A stretch of 64,000 nt of DNA from Synechococcus sp. (GTDB lineage Bacteria; Cyanobacteriota; Cyanobacteriia; PCC-6307; Cyanobiaceae). The position numbers and the translations under genes were made by a program. This document shows, one piece after another, positions 54,450-64,000 of this stretch; within the stretch, counting starts at the first letter, position 1, and every line of letters begins with the position of its first letter. The stretch lies in NCBI GenBank assembly GCA_047285805.1, contig JBJBCN010000003.1:160001-224000 (forward strand), given 5' to 3'. The notes below the pieces were generated by a model. The model did no database searches. It saw only the letters and a list, made by a program, of their open reading frames with translations, and had not been told where the DNA came from.

Positions 54450-55769
54450 ATGAGCGCAGGATCGGCGCCATCCACCCCCTGGCTACTGCGTTGGCAAGGG
54501 ATTTTGGGCAAGGCCAGCGAGGGGCCGCTGGGATCGCAGCTAACCCTGATCGCAGGAGGCGTGCTCTGCGTGCTGCTGGGGGCCATGCCCTTCGTTACCC
54601 GGGCGGGGCTCAGCCTGCTGATCCTCGCGTCGGGATTGCTCTGGCTGGTGTGGTCGCTCGCTCTCCCCGCCGGTCGCATCGGCCACATCAGTGGTTGGCT
54701 CCTGATGATGCTCGGTATCGCCGTTTTGGCGACCGGGTTTTCACCGGTCACCCCTGCCGCCTTCAAGGGGCTGCTCAAGCTGATCAGCTATCTCGGGGTC
54801 TACGCCCTAATGCGGCAACTGCTCGCGCAGGCTCCCCGCTGGTGGGATCGGATGGTGGCCGCCCTATTGGCTGGCGAATTGCTCAGCAGCGTCCTCGCCA
54901 TCCGGCAGCTCTACAGCGAAACCAGTGAACTGGCCCGCTGGGCCGACCCCAACTCGGTCGCGGACGGAACGATTCGGGTCTACGGCCCCTTGGAGAACCC
55001 GAATCTGCTGGCGGGTTACCTGATCCCGGTCCTGCCCCTTGCCTTGATCGCTCTGTTGCGCTGGCGTTCCTGGCCCCAGCGCCTCTTTGCCGCGAGTGCA
55101 CTGCTCCTCGGGAGCAGTGCACTCTTCCTCAGCTACAGCCGGGGGGGCTGGCTTGGGATGGTGGGGACCCTCGGGGCCGCGGTCCTACTGCTGGTGCTGC
55201 GACAGACGCGCCACTGGCCCACCCTCTGGCGCCGCCTCTTTCCCCTGCTGCTGATCGCCGGAGCAGTTTGCGTCCTGGTCATTGCCGTGACCCAAATCGA
55301 ACCGCTCCGCATCCGAGTGATGAGCCTGACGGCAGGCCGCGGCGATAGCTCCAACAACTTCCGCATCAACGTCTGGCTCGCCGCCATCGAGATGATCCGG
55401 GAGCGGCCCTTGCTGGGGATCGGTCCTGGCAACAGCGCCTTCAACTTGATTTACCCCCTCTATCAGCAGCCCAAATTCAATGCGCTTAGTGCGTACTCCG
55501 TACCGCTGGAGCTGCTGGTCGAAGGGGGCCTCCCCAATCTCGTGGCTGGACTGGGCTTGCTATTTGCCAGCCTGCGGGCCGGCCTGAACCAACTCAAAGG
55601 TGAATCGCGTTGGGCCCTGCCCGCCCTCGCGGCAATTGCCGCCATCACGGGACTCTGCGTTCAAGGCGTCACCGACACGATCTTTTTCCGGCCGGAAGTC
55701 CAACTCACAGGCTGGTTCTCCCTTGCCACCTTGAGCGCCAGCCAAACCGCCAACAGCAGTGATGACTAA
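54450..55769 (+). CDS. ictB: IctB family membrane protein (O-antigen ligase-like)
   Basis: LARWADP, RVYGPLENPNLLAGYL, YSRGGW, DSSNNFRINVW, GIGPGN. Confidence 0.9.
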   Translation: MSAGSAPSTPWLLRWQGILGKASEGPLGSQLTLIAGGVLCVLLGAMPFVTRAGLSLLILASGLLWLVWSLALPAGRIGHISGWLLMMLGIAVLATGFSPVTPAAFKGLLKLISYLGVYALMRQLLAQAPRWWDRMVAALLAGELLSSVLAIRQLYSETSELARWADPNSVADGTIRVYGPLENPNLLAGYLIPVLPLALIALLRWRSWPQRLFAASALLLGSSALFLSYSRGGWLGMVGTLGAAVLLLVLRQTRHWPTLWRRLFPLLLIAGAVCVLVIAVTQIEPLRIRVMSLTAGRGDSSNNFRINVWLAAIEMIRERPLLGIGPGNSAFNLIYPLYQQPKFNALSAYSVPLELLVEGGLPNLVAGLGLLFASLRAGLNQLKGESRWALPALAAIAAITGLCVQGVTDTIFFRPEVQLTGWFSLATLSASQTANSSDD

Positions 55770-56721
55770 GGCTCAACTGTTTGCAGGCTTTGACGCCGGG
55801 CAAACCCACACCAGCTGCAAGCTGGCCTGGCTCAAGAGAAATGGAAAGGTGACATGCATTGCCTTGGGGCAGGGACCTGGAGTTCGTCAACTAGCTGCTC
55901 CAAATGGCAAAGACCTTTTTCGTGCAGCTCTGCAGCAGAGCCTGCGCGATGCGCGCAAACAAGCCGGACTTCGGGATGATCAAGCCCTCGCCGCAGCCGG
56001 CATAGGGGCCAGCGGCATTGAGCGGGGCAGCACCATCCAGAGCCAAGGGGAAGCCTTGGCCGCTGCCGCACTCAACCTGCCGCTGGCCTCGGTACAGGTC
56101 AGCGGCGATGAACACACCGCCCTCATCGGTGCCCTGGGCGATGAGCCCGGTGTTCTGGTGATTAGCGGCACCGGCTGCATCGCCCTCGGCCAAGCCCACT
56201 CCGGGCGCTGGCACCGCAATGGCGGCTGGGGCTGGCTCCTCGATGGAGCGGGCTCAGCGATGGATCTCGGCCGGGATGGCCTTGCGATCAGCGTCCAAAT
56301 GGCTGATGGTCGGCTCAGCGAAACCGCGCTGAAAAATCAGCTCTGGCAGGCCCTCGGAGTGCGTAGTCCGCAGGAGCTGAAGGCTGCAGTGGTCGCCGAG
56401 GGATTTGGTGCCGCAGGCTTTGCCCGGCTCGCTCCGGTCGTGGACGCGAGTGCCAGCAGCGGCGATCCCCATGCCCGCGTCATCGTCAAGCGCTCCGCAC
56501 AAGCCCTCGCTCAGATGGTCAGTAACATCGCCACCACCCTGGAGCTGCAAACACCCCGGGTTTGTTGCAGTGGCGGCGCGCTCACACACCTGAAGACGCT
56601 GCGTAAGGCCTTTGCCGCGGATCTAGCCCAACACTGCCCCGGCACAAGCTTGGCGGCGTCCAAGGGGGATGCGTGTGATGGAGCCCTGCGGCTCGCCGTT
56701 CAGGCGGCGTTGAGGTGCTGA
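55759..56721 (+). CDS. BadF/BadG/BcrA/BcrD ATPase family (GlcNAc kinase-like)
   Basis: GFDAGQT, ISGTG, GGWGWLLDGAGS. Confidence 0.85.
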   Translation: MMTKAQLFAGFDAGQTHTSCKLAWLKRNGKVTCIALGQGPGVRQLAAPNGKDLFRAALQQSLRDARKQAGLRDDQALAAAGIGASGIERGSTIQSQGEALAAAALNLPLASVQVSGDEHTALIGALGDEPGVLVISGTGCIALGQAHSGRWHRNGGWGWLLDGAGSAMDLGRDGLAISVQMADGRLSETALKNQLWQALGVRSPQELKAAVVAEGFGAAGFARLAPVVDASASSGDPHARVIVKRSAQALAQMVSNIATTLELQTPRVCCSGGALTHLKTLRKAFAADLAQHCPGTSLAASKGDACDGALRLAVQAALRC

Positions 56722-58076
56722 TCGGCGAGGTCTGCCAGATAGCGACTCCAATAGTCGACATCCGCCTGTTCCGCCGCCTCCACCATCACCCGCAGCAACG
56801 GCTCGGTGCCACTGGCCCGCACCAACACGCGCCCGCTGCCGGCCATCGCAGCTTCAGCGGCCTGAACCTCCTGCAGCAGTGGGAGGCAGGTCTCCCAACC
56901 GGTACGCTTACTGCGATCGGGAACGGTGACGTTCACCAATCTCTGGGGATAGGGCTGGAAGCTGCCATCCAGCCAGTCACTCAGCGATCCCCCCTGGGCC
57001 TGGATCAAACTCGCCACTTGCAAGGCCGTCAGCAGGCCGTCACCGCTCATGCCATGGCGAGCCGAGAGGATGTGGCCGGACTGTTCGCCGCCCAAAGACG
57101 CCCCCAGCTCCTCCATGGCGGCATGCACGTATTGATCTCCGACGGCGGTGCGCTCCAGCACGCCCCCTCGGATTTGCCAGGCGCGCTCAAAGCCAAGGTT
57201 GCTCATTACCGTCGCGACAATCCGGTTCTCCGGTAGCGCGCCCTCGGCCATCAGCGCCTGGCCCCAGAGGTAGAGGATCTGGTCTCCATCGACGATCCGG
57301 CCGCGGCCATCGACCGCAAGCATCCGATCAGCATCGCCATCGAAGGCAAAGCCCATCGCAGCGCCTTGGGCCATCACCGCGGCCTGAAGGGCTTCAAGGT
57401 GGGTGCTGCCGCAGCCCTGATTAATCCGGGTGCCATCGGGCTTGCCGTGGAGCACCGTGAGATCGGCGCCCAACTCGCGGAAGACGCTTTCGCCGCAGCT
57501 CGTCGCAGAACCCCAGCAGAGATCGAGCACCACCTTGGCGCCATCAAGGCGAGCGGAACCCACGCTCTCAAGCAGGCGCTGACGGTAATCGCTCAGCAAA
57601 TCCGGTCGGTGCTCGAACCGTCCGTTGGCACTAAAGCCGCTAAGGACATCACTGCTGCCACGCAGACCTGCTTCGATCTCAGCCTGCTGTTGTTTGGCCA
57701 GCTTGGCGCCGCAGGCACCAAAGACCTTGATCCCGTTGTCATGGGGCGGGTTGTGGCTGGCTGAAACCATCAGACCGCCGCTCGCACCGAGCTGACGAAT
57801 GGCCCCAGGCACAGCGGGGGTGGGACAAAGACCGATATCCAACACCTCTCGCCCCGCTGCCGTGAGACCCGCGGCCAGGGCGGCCACCAACATCGGACCG
57901 CTACTGCGGGAGTCCATCCCCAACACGATGGGACCGCCGGCAGGCAGGACTCGACCGCACCAATAGCCAACCTGCAGCGCCAAGGCCGGTGTGATCACCT
58001 GACCGACGCGGCCACGGATGCCATCGGTGCCAAAACTCGCCGTACCAGAAGGGAATGGCGCCCCAAGCGGAGACAT
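56700..58076 (-). CDS. glmM: Phosphoglucosamine mutase
   Basis: FGTDGIRG, SASHNP, FDGDADR, GGEQSGH, RASGTEP. Confidence 0.96.
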   Translation of the reverse strand: MSPLGAPFPSGTASFGTDGIRGRVGQVITPALALQVGYWCGRVLPAGGPIVLGMDSRSSGPMLVAALAAGLTAAGREVLDIGLCPTPAVPGAIRQLGASGGLMVSASHNPPHDNGIKVFGACGAKLAKQQQAEIEAGLRGSSDVLSGFSANGRFEHRPDLLSDYRQRLLESVGSARLDGAKVVLDLCWGSATSCGESVFRELGADLTVLHGKPDGTRINQGCGSTHLEALQAAVMAQGAAMGFAFDGDADRMLAVDGRGRIVDGDQILYLWGQALMAEGALPENRIVATVMSNLGFERAWQIRGGVLERTAVGDQYVHAAMEELGASLGGEQSGHILSARHGMSGDGLLTALQVASLIQAQGGSLSDWLDGSFQPYPQRLVNVTVPDRSKRTGWETCLPLLQEVQAAEAAMAGSGRVLVRASGTEPLLRVMVEAAEQADVDYWSRYLADLADQHLNAA

Positions 58077-58152
58077 GACGGGCGAGTGAACCAATGCTGG
58101 CGGCAGGTTACGCCTGGTTTGCAGTGCAGGCGGAGCCGATCTCACCAAGAAT

Positions 58153-60189
58153 GTGCGCAGTGATCACACCGCTTTGGCCCAGCGCCCCTTCTCCGCTGAA
58201 CGATGCCAAAGTCTGCTCGGCACGGCCCTCATGGGTCTGTGCTGCCTGGGAACCGGCGTAGCCCTTGCGGCCGGCCGCTCGTGGTTGGTGCACCTCGCCC
58301 CTCCCCTCAACCCGAGCAGCAGCACCGCCGAGCTCAGCCGCAACCGGCGCCGGAGCCTGGATCCCGATCGGCGCCGGGATGCCTCTCTGCTGCTCAGTGC
58401 CCAAGCCGACAGGACGCCCGAGCAGCGCCGCGCTTGGCTCCGGGGCCAGGGCTGGGGCAACCACGCCGGGAGCCGGGTCCTCGCGGCGATCAGCCTCAAA
58501 CGAGCCGCCCTCGCTGCCCAAGCCAGTGGACGTCCCCAGGAAGCACAAGCCCTCTGGAAGGAGTTGCTGAGGCGCTTCCCGCAAGAACCCGCCAGCGCCG
58601 ATGCCCTCTATGCCCTCGGCCGGCAACAACCCCAACTGCGGCGCACCCTGCTGAAGCGCTTTGCGGCCCACCCGGCGGCTCTCGCGGCGGCGCTGGAGGC
58701 CGGCGATGCCCTGCATCTCGCCCGCTGGGGAGCGCGCTGGCCCGGCGCCGAAGCACTCCTGCTGCAAACCTGCGACAAACAAACGACCACGCTCCGCGCT
58801 GAAGACCAACAGTTGCTGGCCGCGGGCCTGGTGCAACTGGGGCGCAGCGAGCAGGCGCTGAGGTGCTTGGGGGAGACCCCCCCGACGGCCGAACTGCACC
58901 TGCGCCTCGCCCAAAAGATGTTGCGGGGGGGCCGCGCCCAGCAGATCCAGGCCGAAGCACTACTGCTGAGCCTCGTGAAAGGCGAAGGCCCCGAAGGATT
59001 GGAGGCCGCCCGGCTCTTGGCGCAATCTCCGGCCGCCGGAGCCGTGGCCGTTCTGCAGCAGCTACCGCCTTCGCTCCAGGACAGCGCCCCCGTTCAGGCC
59101 CGGCTTGCGGAAGCCGGGCAACTCGATCCAGCATCCGTGCTCGAGCGCTGGCCGAGCGATCCCGCCAGCTGGGCGCTGCAGTGGCGCGAGGCGCGCAAAG
59201 CCTTGCTGCAGCGGGACTGGAGCCAAGCGCAGTTCTGGCTGGATCAACTCAAAAGCTCAACCCTGCCCGCCCCGTTGGCGGCGCGCCAATTGTTCTGGCG
59301 CGGTTTGACGGCCCAGCAGCAAGGGGACCAGGCCAGCGCGGGGCAGTTCTGGCGCGCAACCCAGCGAACCCAACCACTCGGCTACTACAGCTGGCGGGCC
59401 AGCGCGCGGTTGGGTGACAGCCGCAACGGCAATGGGAAGGGAGAGCCGCATCAGGCGTGGCAGCCGTTAGACAGCGGGGATGCCCGGATCGACGCCCTCT
59501 GGAAACGGGGCCAAGCGCTCGAAGCCTGGGAGAGCTGGCGCACAAAGCAAGGTGGTCTGCCCCCCAGCAGTCCTCAGGAGTTTTTGATTGAGGGCCGGCT
59601 GCGCACGGCAATCGGGGATGACTGGACCGGCCTTGGACAACTCGAGCAGGCCAGCTTTCGCCTCCCACAAATCGGCTGCAGGGGCCAACTGGAACGCGAC
59701 CGTCAGCTCCACCCACTGCGCTTCCCCAAGGAGCTCAACGCAGCCAGCGAAGCCAGCGGTGTCGATCTCACCCTCCTGCTGGCGGTCGCCAAGCAGGAGT
59801 CGCGCTTCAGCCCCAATGTGCGCTCAGGGGCCGGAGCCAGCGGGCTGCTGCAACTGATGCCGTCGACCGCCAGCGAATTGGCCGGGGAATCCCTGGACCA
59901 CCAAGCGCTGAGCGATCCAGGACGCAACGGCGCCCTAGGAGCGACGTATCTCAAGCAACTCCTCAGTGGCGCCGGAGCCAACCTCTTCCAGGCAATCGCC
60001 AGCTACAACGCAGGGCCCGGTGCGGTCGGCGGCTGGCTGAGGCGTGGAGACTTTGATCTCCAGCGCGAACCAGAGCTCTGGACCGAAGCCATCCCCTATC
60101 CCGAAACTCGGCTCTACACCAAAAAAGTTCTGGGCAATGCCTGGAGCTACCGGCAGCAGGGACGCAGCGCCGAGGAGCTCTGCCGCTGA
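58153..60189 (+). CDS. Soluble lytic murein transglycosylase (Slt-like)
   Basis: Helical repeats followed by KQESRF, GLLQLMP, ASYNAGPG, IPYPETRLY; start uncertain. Confidence 0.9.
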   Translation: MRSDHTALAQRPFSAERCQSLLGTALMGLCCLGTGVALAAGRSWLVHLAPPLNPSSSTAELSRNRRRSLDPDRRRDASLLLSAQADRTPEQRRAWLRGQGWGNHAGSRVLAAISLKRAALAAQASGRPQEAQALWKELLRRFPQEPASADALYALGRQQPQLRRTLLKRFAAHPAALAAALEAGDALHLARWGARWPGAEALLLQTCDKQTTTLRAEDQQLLAAGLVQLGRSEQALRCLGETPPTAELHLRLAQKMLRGGRAQQIQAEALLLSLVKGEGPEGLEAARLLAQSPAAGAVAVLQQLPPSLQDSAPVQARLAEAGQLDPASVLERWPSDPASWALQWREARKALLQRDWSQAQFWLDQLKSSTLPAPLAARQLFWRGLTAQQQGDQASAGQFWRATQRTQPLGYYSWRASARLGDSRNGNGKGEPHQAWQPLDSGDARIDALWKRGQALEAWESWRTKQGGLPPSSPQEFLIEGRLRTAIGDDWTGLGQLEQASFRLPQIGCRGQLERDRQLHPLRFPKELNAASEASGVDLTLLLAVAKQESRFSPNVRSGAGASGLLQLMPSTASELAGESLDHQALSDPGRNGALGATYLKQLLSGAGANLFQAIASYNAGPGAVGGWLRRGDFDLQREPELWTEAIPYPETRLYTKKVLGNAWSYRQQGRSAEELCR

Positions 60190-60198
60190 GCCCAGCCT

Positions 60199-60729
60199 TC
60201 AACCGAAGACAAAACCCAGATGGGCGTAGAGCGAACGGCCCACCAGGATCCCGGTCAGAACCCAGCTGCAGAGAACAAACGCCCCCAGCAGCGGAGCTGG
60301 GGCAATCCGCAGGCGGGTGAGATCCAGCCGAGCGAGCAAGACCGCTGAGGCCAACACGAGCACTTCCGAGAGGACCGCCAGGTGCAACAAATACAGGCCG
60401 CCAGTGATGACCACCAGCAGGGTGACCACCAAGGTCAGGGCCTTACTGGCCGCCATCAACTGCGAGAGCTCCCGCAGCAGCAGGTCGGGCATGGTGCAGA
60501 GCACCACCACCAGCAGCGCCTGCATGCACTGCAGCGGCCAGAACCAGGGCCCCGCAAATTCTTGCTGCAATGGGGTGCTGGCCTGGGTGACCAACTGCGG
60601 TGCGACATCCGCCCAATGCAACCCCATGAAGGCGCTGATCGCGAAGAGCACCAGCAACATCGGCGCCCGCAGCGGCAGGACCAAGAAACCGAGCACAGCA
60701 GTCACAGGGCGCATGAAAGGGCGCATCAC
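60199..60729 (-). CDS. Hypothetical membrane protein
   Basis: Multiple hydrophobic segments; start overlaps the stop of the upstream NIL-domain gene. Confidence 0.7.
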   Translation of the reverse strand: MMRPFMRPVTAVLGFLVLPLRAPMLLVLFAISAFMGLHWADVAPQLVTQASTPLQQEFAGPWFWPLQCMQALLVVVLCTMPDLLLRELSQLMAASKALTLVVTLLVVITGGLYLLHLAVLSEVLVLASAVLLARLDLTRLRIAPAPLLGAFVLCSWVLTGILVGRSLYAHLGFVFG

Positions 60730-61154
60730 TGGGCAGCGCCCACAGCTTGATCCAACACCAGGGCGATCGCCTCAAACGGACACGAGGGGATGCATTGCTC
60801 GCAAACCAGACAACGCTGCGCGTTGAACGTCAGGCGCCACTCGGGAGCTGTGCAACTCAGGGCTCCGCTCGGGCAAACGCTGGTGCAGATTCCGCAGTCC
60901 ACACAACGCTGAGGATCAATCGCGATCTCCCCGGAGGCCCGGTTCAGGCCCAGACCCTGACTCTCCAACCACTGCTCGGCCGCGTCCAGATCGTCGATAT
61001 CGCCCGAGAGCTCCACCACCATCGTTCCGCTTTGGTTAGGCGCGATCTGAGCCCGCAGGATCTTGGCGGCGATGTCGAATTCCACGGCGAGGCGGTAGGT
61101 GATCGGCTGATGCACCGCCTCCCGGGGGAAGTGAAGAGTGATGCGGCGTTTCAC
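60726..61154 (-). CDS. NIL domain / 2[4Fe-4S] ferredoxin protein
   Basis: N-terminal NIL domain (RITLHFP..QPITY), CVDCGICTSVCP and CLVCEQCIPSCP. Confidence 0.9.
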   Translation of the reverse strand: MKRRITLHFPREAVHQPITYRLAVEFDIAAKILRAQIAPNQSGTMVVELSGDIDDLDAAEQWLESQGLGLNRASGEIAIDPQRCVDCGICTSVCPSGALSCTAPEWRLTFNAQRCLVCEQCIPSCPFEAIALVLDQAVGAAQ

Positions 61155-61238
61155 GGGCGCAACTCAGCCACCGTCAGGGTATCGACGCGGACTGCGAACA
61201 GTCCTGGCAGATTGGCGCCAAGAACAAGGAGACCGCCT

Positions 61239-61778
61239 GTGGAGAGCAACACAGCAGCCCTGGGACGGCGCGAGCGCATGCTGCTGGCCGCCGTGGCGGC
61301 CCTGCTCGCCCTCGGACTCTTCCTGCTTCGGGGGGGGCTCTCACCGGCCGCGCCTCTGGACAAACTGGCGCGCCAATCCCTCGAGCCCGCCGTCGCCCTC
61401 AGCAACGGACGCCCGAGCGTGATCGAGTTCTACGCCGACTGGTGCGAAGCCTGCCAAGCCATGGCCCCGGCGATGGAGCGGGTGGAGGGCGAACACCACG
61501 GCCAACTCGATGTGGTGCTGCTCAATGTCGACAACCCCCGCTGGCAACCGGAGATCGATCGCTACGACGTCAACGGCATCCCTCAGCTGGAGTTCCACGA
61601 TGCCGATGGCATTCCCGTTGGCCGAGCGATTGGAGCCCGCACACAGGACGAATTGGAAGCCCTGAGCACCGCCCTGATCAGTGGGTCGCCCTTACCGGCG
61701 ATGGCTGGCGTCGCTGAGACGAGCGTGTTGAAACCTGCCGAGTCCACCGCCATGGCAGGCCCCCGCAGCCACAGCTGA
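61239..61778 (+). CDS. txlA: Membrane-anchored thioredoxin (TxlA/HCF164-like)
   Basis: N-terminal TM, EFYADWCEAC, LNVDNPRW, GPRSHS C-terminus. Confidence 0.85.
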   Translation: MESNTAALGRRERMLLAAVAALLALGLFLLRGGLSPAAPLDKLARQSLEPAVALSNGRPSVIEFYADWCEACQAMAPAMERVEGEHHGQLDVVLLNVDNPRWQPEIDRYDVNGIPQLEFHDADGIPVGRAIGARTQDELEALSTALISGSPLPAMAGVAETSVLKPAESTAMAGPRSHS

Positions 61779-61832
61779 GTCCAGCAAGGCCCGTTACCCT
61801 GCAGCACCAGCTCCCCACACCATCGCCCGCCC

Positions 61833-62555
61833 ATGAAACGCTTTCGGGTTGAGCTGATCGCAGCGACCCCCAACCCCCAGCAGTGCGTCTACGCGGGGAT
61901 GCACCAGGACTACAGCGAAGGGTTTGTGGCCGCTGACCGTGGGGAGTGGCCAGACGAGACCCGTGCCGGGGAGATCTGTGTCAAACGTCTTCTATCCGGC
62001 GAGCGCGGTCATTACGGCCCGCTGGAGCACGCCCAGATCGTGCTGAATGTGGGCTGGTTCCCCCACTCCGTCATGCAACAGGCCCGCACCCACCGGGTGG
62101 GGGTGAGCTTCGACGTCCAATCGATGCGCTACACGGGCGATCGGATCTGCCGTGCGGCCAACGGCGAATTGGAACTCGAGGAGGTCTTCTACCTCCGCCC
62201 TGAAGGCCAGTACAGCGATCGCCAAGGCAAGAAGTACAACTACACGGCGGACGAGCGGCAGAAGGATCTAGCCCTCTGCCAAGTGGCTGCGGAGCGCTAC
62301 AGCGACATGCTCGCGGCTGGCTTTGCGGAGGAGCATGCCCGCGGCATCCTGCCCTTCGATTACCGCCAGCACTTCGTCGTCAGCTTCTCGCTGCGGGCCT
62401 TCCTGCACTTCATGGACCTACGCGCCAAGCTCGACGCCCAGGAAGAGATCCGGGTGCTCTGCGACCTGATGTGGCCGCACCTCCAAACCTGGGCACCGGA
62501 AATTGCAGCTTGGTACGAGAAGAGCCGGCTGCACAAAGCGCGCCTAGCGCCTTAG
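61833..62555 (+). CDS. thyX: FAD-dependent thymidylate synthase
   Basis: GHYGPLEH, QQARTHRVGVSFDVQSMRY, AQEEIR. Confidence 0.96.
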   Translation: MKRFRVELIAATPNPQQCVYAGMHQDYSEGFVAADRGEWPDETRAGEICVKRLLSGERGHYGPLEHAQIVLNVGWFPHSVMQQARTHRVGVSFDVQSMRYTGDRICRAANGELELEEVFYLRPEGQYSDRQGKKYNYTADERQKDLALCQVAAERYSDMLAAGFAEEHARGILPFDYRQHFVVSFSLRAFLHFMDLRAKLDAQEEIRVLCDLMWPHLQTWAPEIAAWYEKSRLHKARLAP

Positions 62556-62658
62556 AGCCTTAGAGCCTTCAACACAAGAACACCAAGACTCACCAAACGA
62601 TTTAACCGAGTTTGTTTGAAGCAGCGGTATAACCCTGAGATCATCAGTCACACCGTTC

Positions 62659-64000
62659 TTGATTAACGATCTCTGGGGCAGAAGCCTTGCATTGATCCGG
62701 GTTGGAGGCAAGCCACTCTCGCCAGCCTTCTGGTTCACAGCCTGCATTGCCCTCGGGTCTGGGCTGCTGATTGCAGCCCTCGGATTGGATCGGCCCTACG
62801 ACGCGATCCCAGATCAAGATCTTCTTTGGCTTCGAGAAGCCCTACTGATGCATCAGGGGAAAGCTCCGGGGTACCCGGATCATCCCGGAATCTTCTGGCA
62901 GGTGCTCTACACCCTCAAGCTGAAGTTGCTCTCACTCAGCAATCCTTTGCGCTTTGGGGCTGGCATTCCGATCGCGCCTGACGATGCCAATTTGATCATT
63001 CGCTGGGCAAGGCTTGAAAACGGAATCCTTGCTGGTCTCAGCAGTCTTTTACTTTGGCCGACCCTTCGCCAACTCGGCATTCAACAATGGCTCACGACCA
63101 TCAGTGTCATCACATGCTGCCTATGCCTTGGAAATTTAGAATCAGCCATTCAAATCAGAAATGAGCTGACCAGCACATTTTTCCTGCTGGCTTACCTCAA
63201 CATTGCTCTACTACTACCCAACCTGAAATCAAGACCATATTGCAGAGCTGCCAGCACTACCGCCATGACCTGTTTCTTAGTCGCCGCTTATTGCAAGGTT
63301 CAAATCCTCCTCCTTACTCCTTTTGTATTCGCACTGATTCTCGGAAATCAATACCTAAAAACAGACGCAGAGAATATTTTGCGCAGCAGAGGTCTCCTGA
63401 GCCTGCAAAACCTAAAAGCCATAGCCGGTTCTCTGATCTTGGGCTCAGGGATATGGCTGATTGCTGTCTCCGGACCAATATTCGCGTCGCTGAATCGGTT
63501 TCAACATGTCAGAACTGAGCTTGACCTGCCGATCTGGACAGCAATAAATGCTTTCCTCGTTTTGACAACACGAGCAGGTGCATCTCAACGAAATCCAGCC
63601 AAAGCAACCTTTCAGGTCGGCTTGCTGTACGGGGCGATAACCCTACTGATCACCAGAGTGCTGGCTTACCCAGTCTGGACAGCGCAGGTATTCAGCTTTC
63701 CAAGCAATGCACTGGGTTTCTCTGGCGGAGCAAATAGGCTTGATACACTTCAAGAAGGAATCTACAAATATCTGTCAGATCTTTTCATCTCAAGCCCCCG
63801 CATCACGCTACTACTCGCAGCTGGCCTAGTCATTTCTTTACTAACCCAAGCAATACAGAGGTACCACAAGCCAACTGCTTCAAGGGCTACTTGGCTGCTC
63901 TGCCTAATAGGCCTGTGCTGCAGCATTTGGATGGCTAATGCCATGCGTCCTCGCGGCTTCTACGAGCCATACCTCATCGTTCCTGCACTAATTCTCCTCA
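62659..64000 (+). CDS. Polytopic membrane protein, GT-C glycosyltransferase-like (3'-truncated by the window end)
   Basis: Hand translation is open from TTG 62659 to the window end; TM1 followed by loop DAIPDQD..GYPDHPG, later QIRNE and YCKVQ motifs, many TMs; absent from the ORF track. Confidence 0.7.
   Translation, partial: MINDLWGRSLALIRVGGKPLSPAFWFTACIALGSGLLIAALGLDRPYDAIPDQDLLWLREALLMHQGKAPGYPDHPGIFWQVLYTLKLKLLSLSNPLRFGAGIPIAPDDANLIIRWARLENGILAGLSSLLLWPTLRQLGIQQWLTTISVITCCLCLGNLESAIQIRNELTSTFFLLAYLNIALLLPNLKSRPYCRAASTTAMTCFLVAAYCKVQILLLTPFVFALILGNQYLKTDAENILRSRGLLSLQNLKAIAGSLILGSGIWLIAVSGPIFASLNRFQHVRTELDLPIWTAINAFLVLTTRAGASQRNPAKATFQVGLLYGAITLLITRVLAYPVWTAQVFSFPSNALGFSGGANRLDTLQEGIYKYLSDLFISSPRITLLLAAGLVISLLTQAIQRYHKPTASRATWLLCLIGLCCSIWMANAMRPRGFYEPYLIVPALILL

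Noticed and set aside
63240..63944. Short track ORFs 63240-63518 and 63762-63944
   Set aside because: They lie inside the longer uninterrupted membrane-protein frame starting at 62659

Overview
High-GC picocyanobacterial (Synechococcus/Cyanobium-type) chromosome segment, almost all conserved core genes. It includes cbiG-cobJ, lipA, Fd-GOGAT, the rpsL-rpsG-fusA-tuf-rpsJ cluster, pheA, rnhB, rne, dapL, clpS, cofG, psbA (D1:2-type), nth, aroC, ftsH3, sat, psbO, coaBC, pyrB, mpg, ndhP, gatC, crtR, ileS, trmB, ictB, glmM and thyX, plus tRNA-Pro(CGG), tRNA-Ala(CGC) and tRNA-Leu(TAG). There are two accessory stretches. (1) A 1.6-kb integrase-free cassette (43327-44931) is bounded by a perfect 53-bp direct repeat of the 5' coding end of mpg. 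It leaves an ATG-started mpg 5' end stranded from the gene body and carries one inverse-autotransporter-like beta-barrel whose whole predicted passenger is a 31-aa two-Cys peptide; this is the best candidate for an undescribed system. (2) A low-GC GT-C-like membrane protein ORF starts right after thyX and runs off the window end. Smaller points: three unusual A/C substitutions in the QB loop of D1, two apparent single-base frameshifts, and small genes missed by the ORF track (ndhP, a PCP-reductase-domain protein). All family assignments come from motif recognition by eye; no searches were run.
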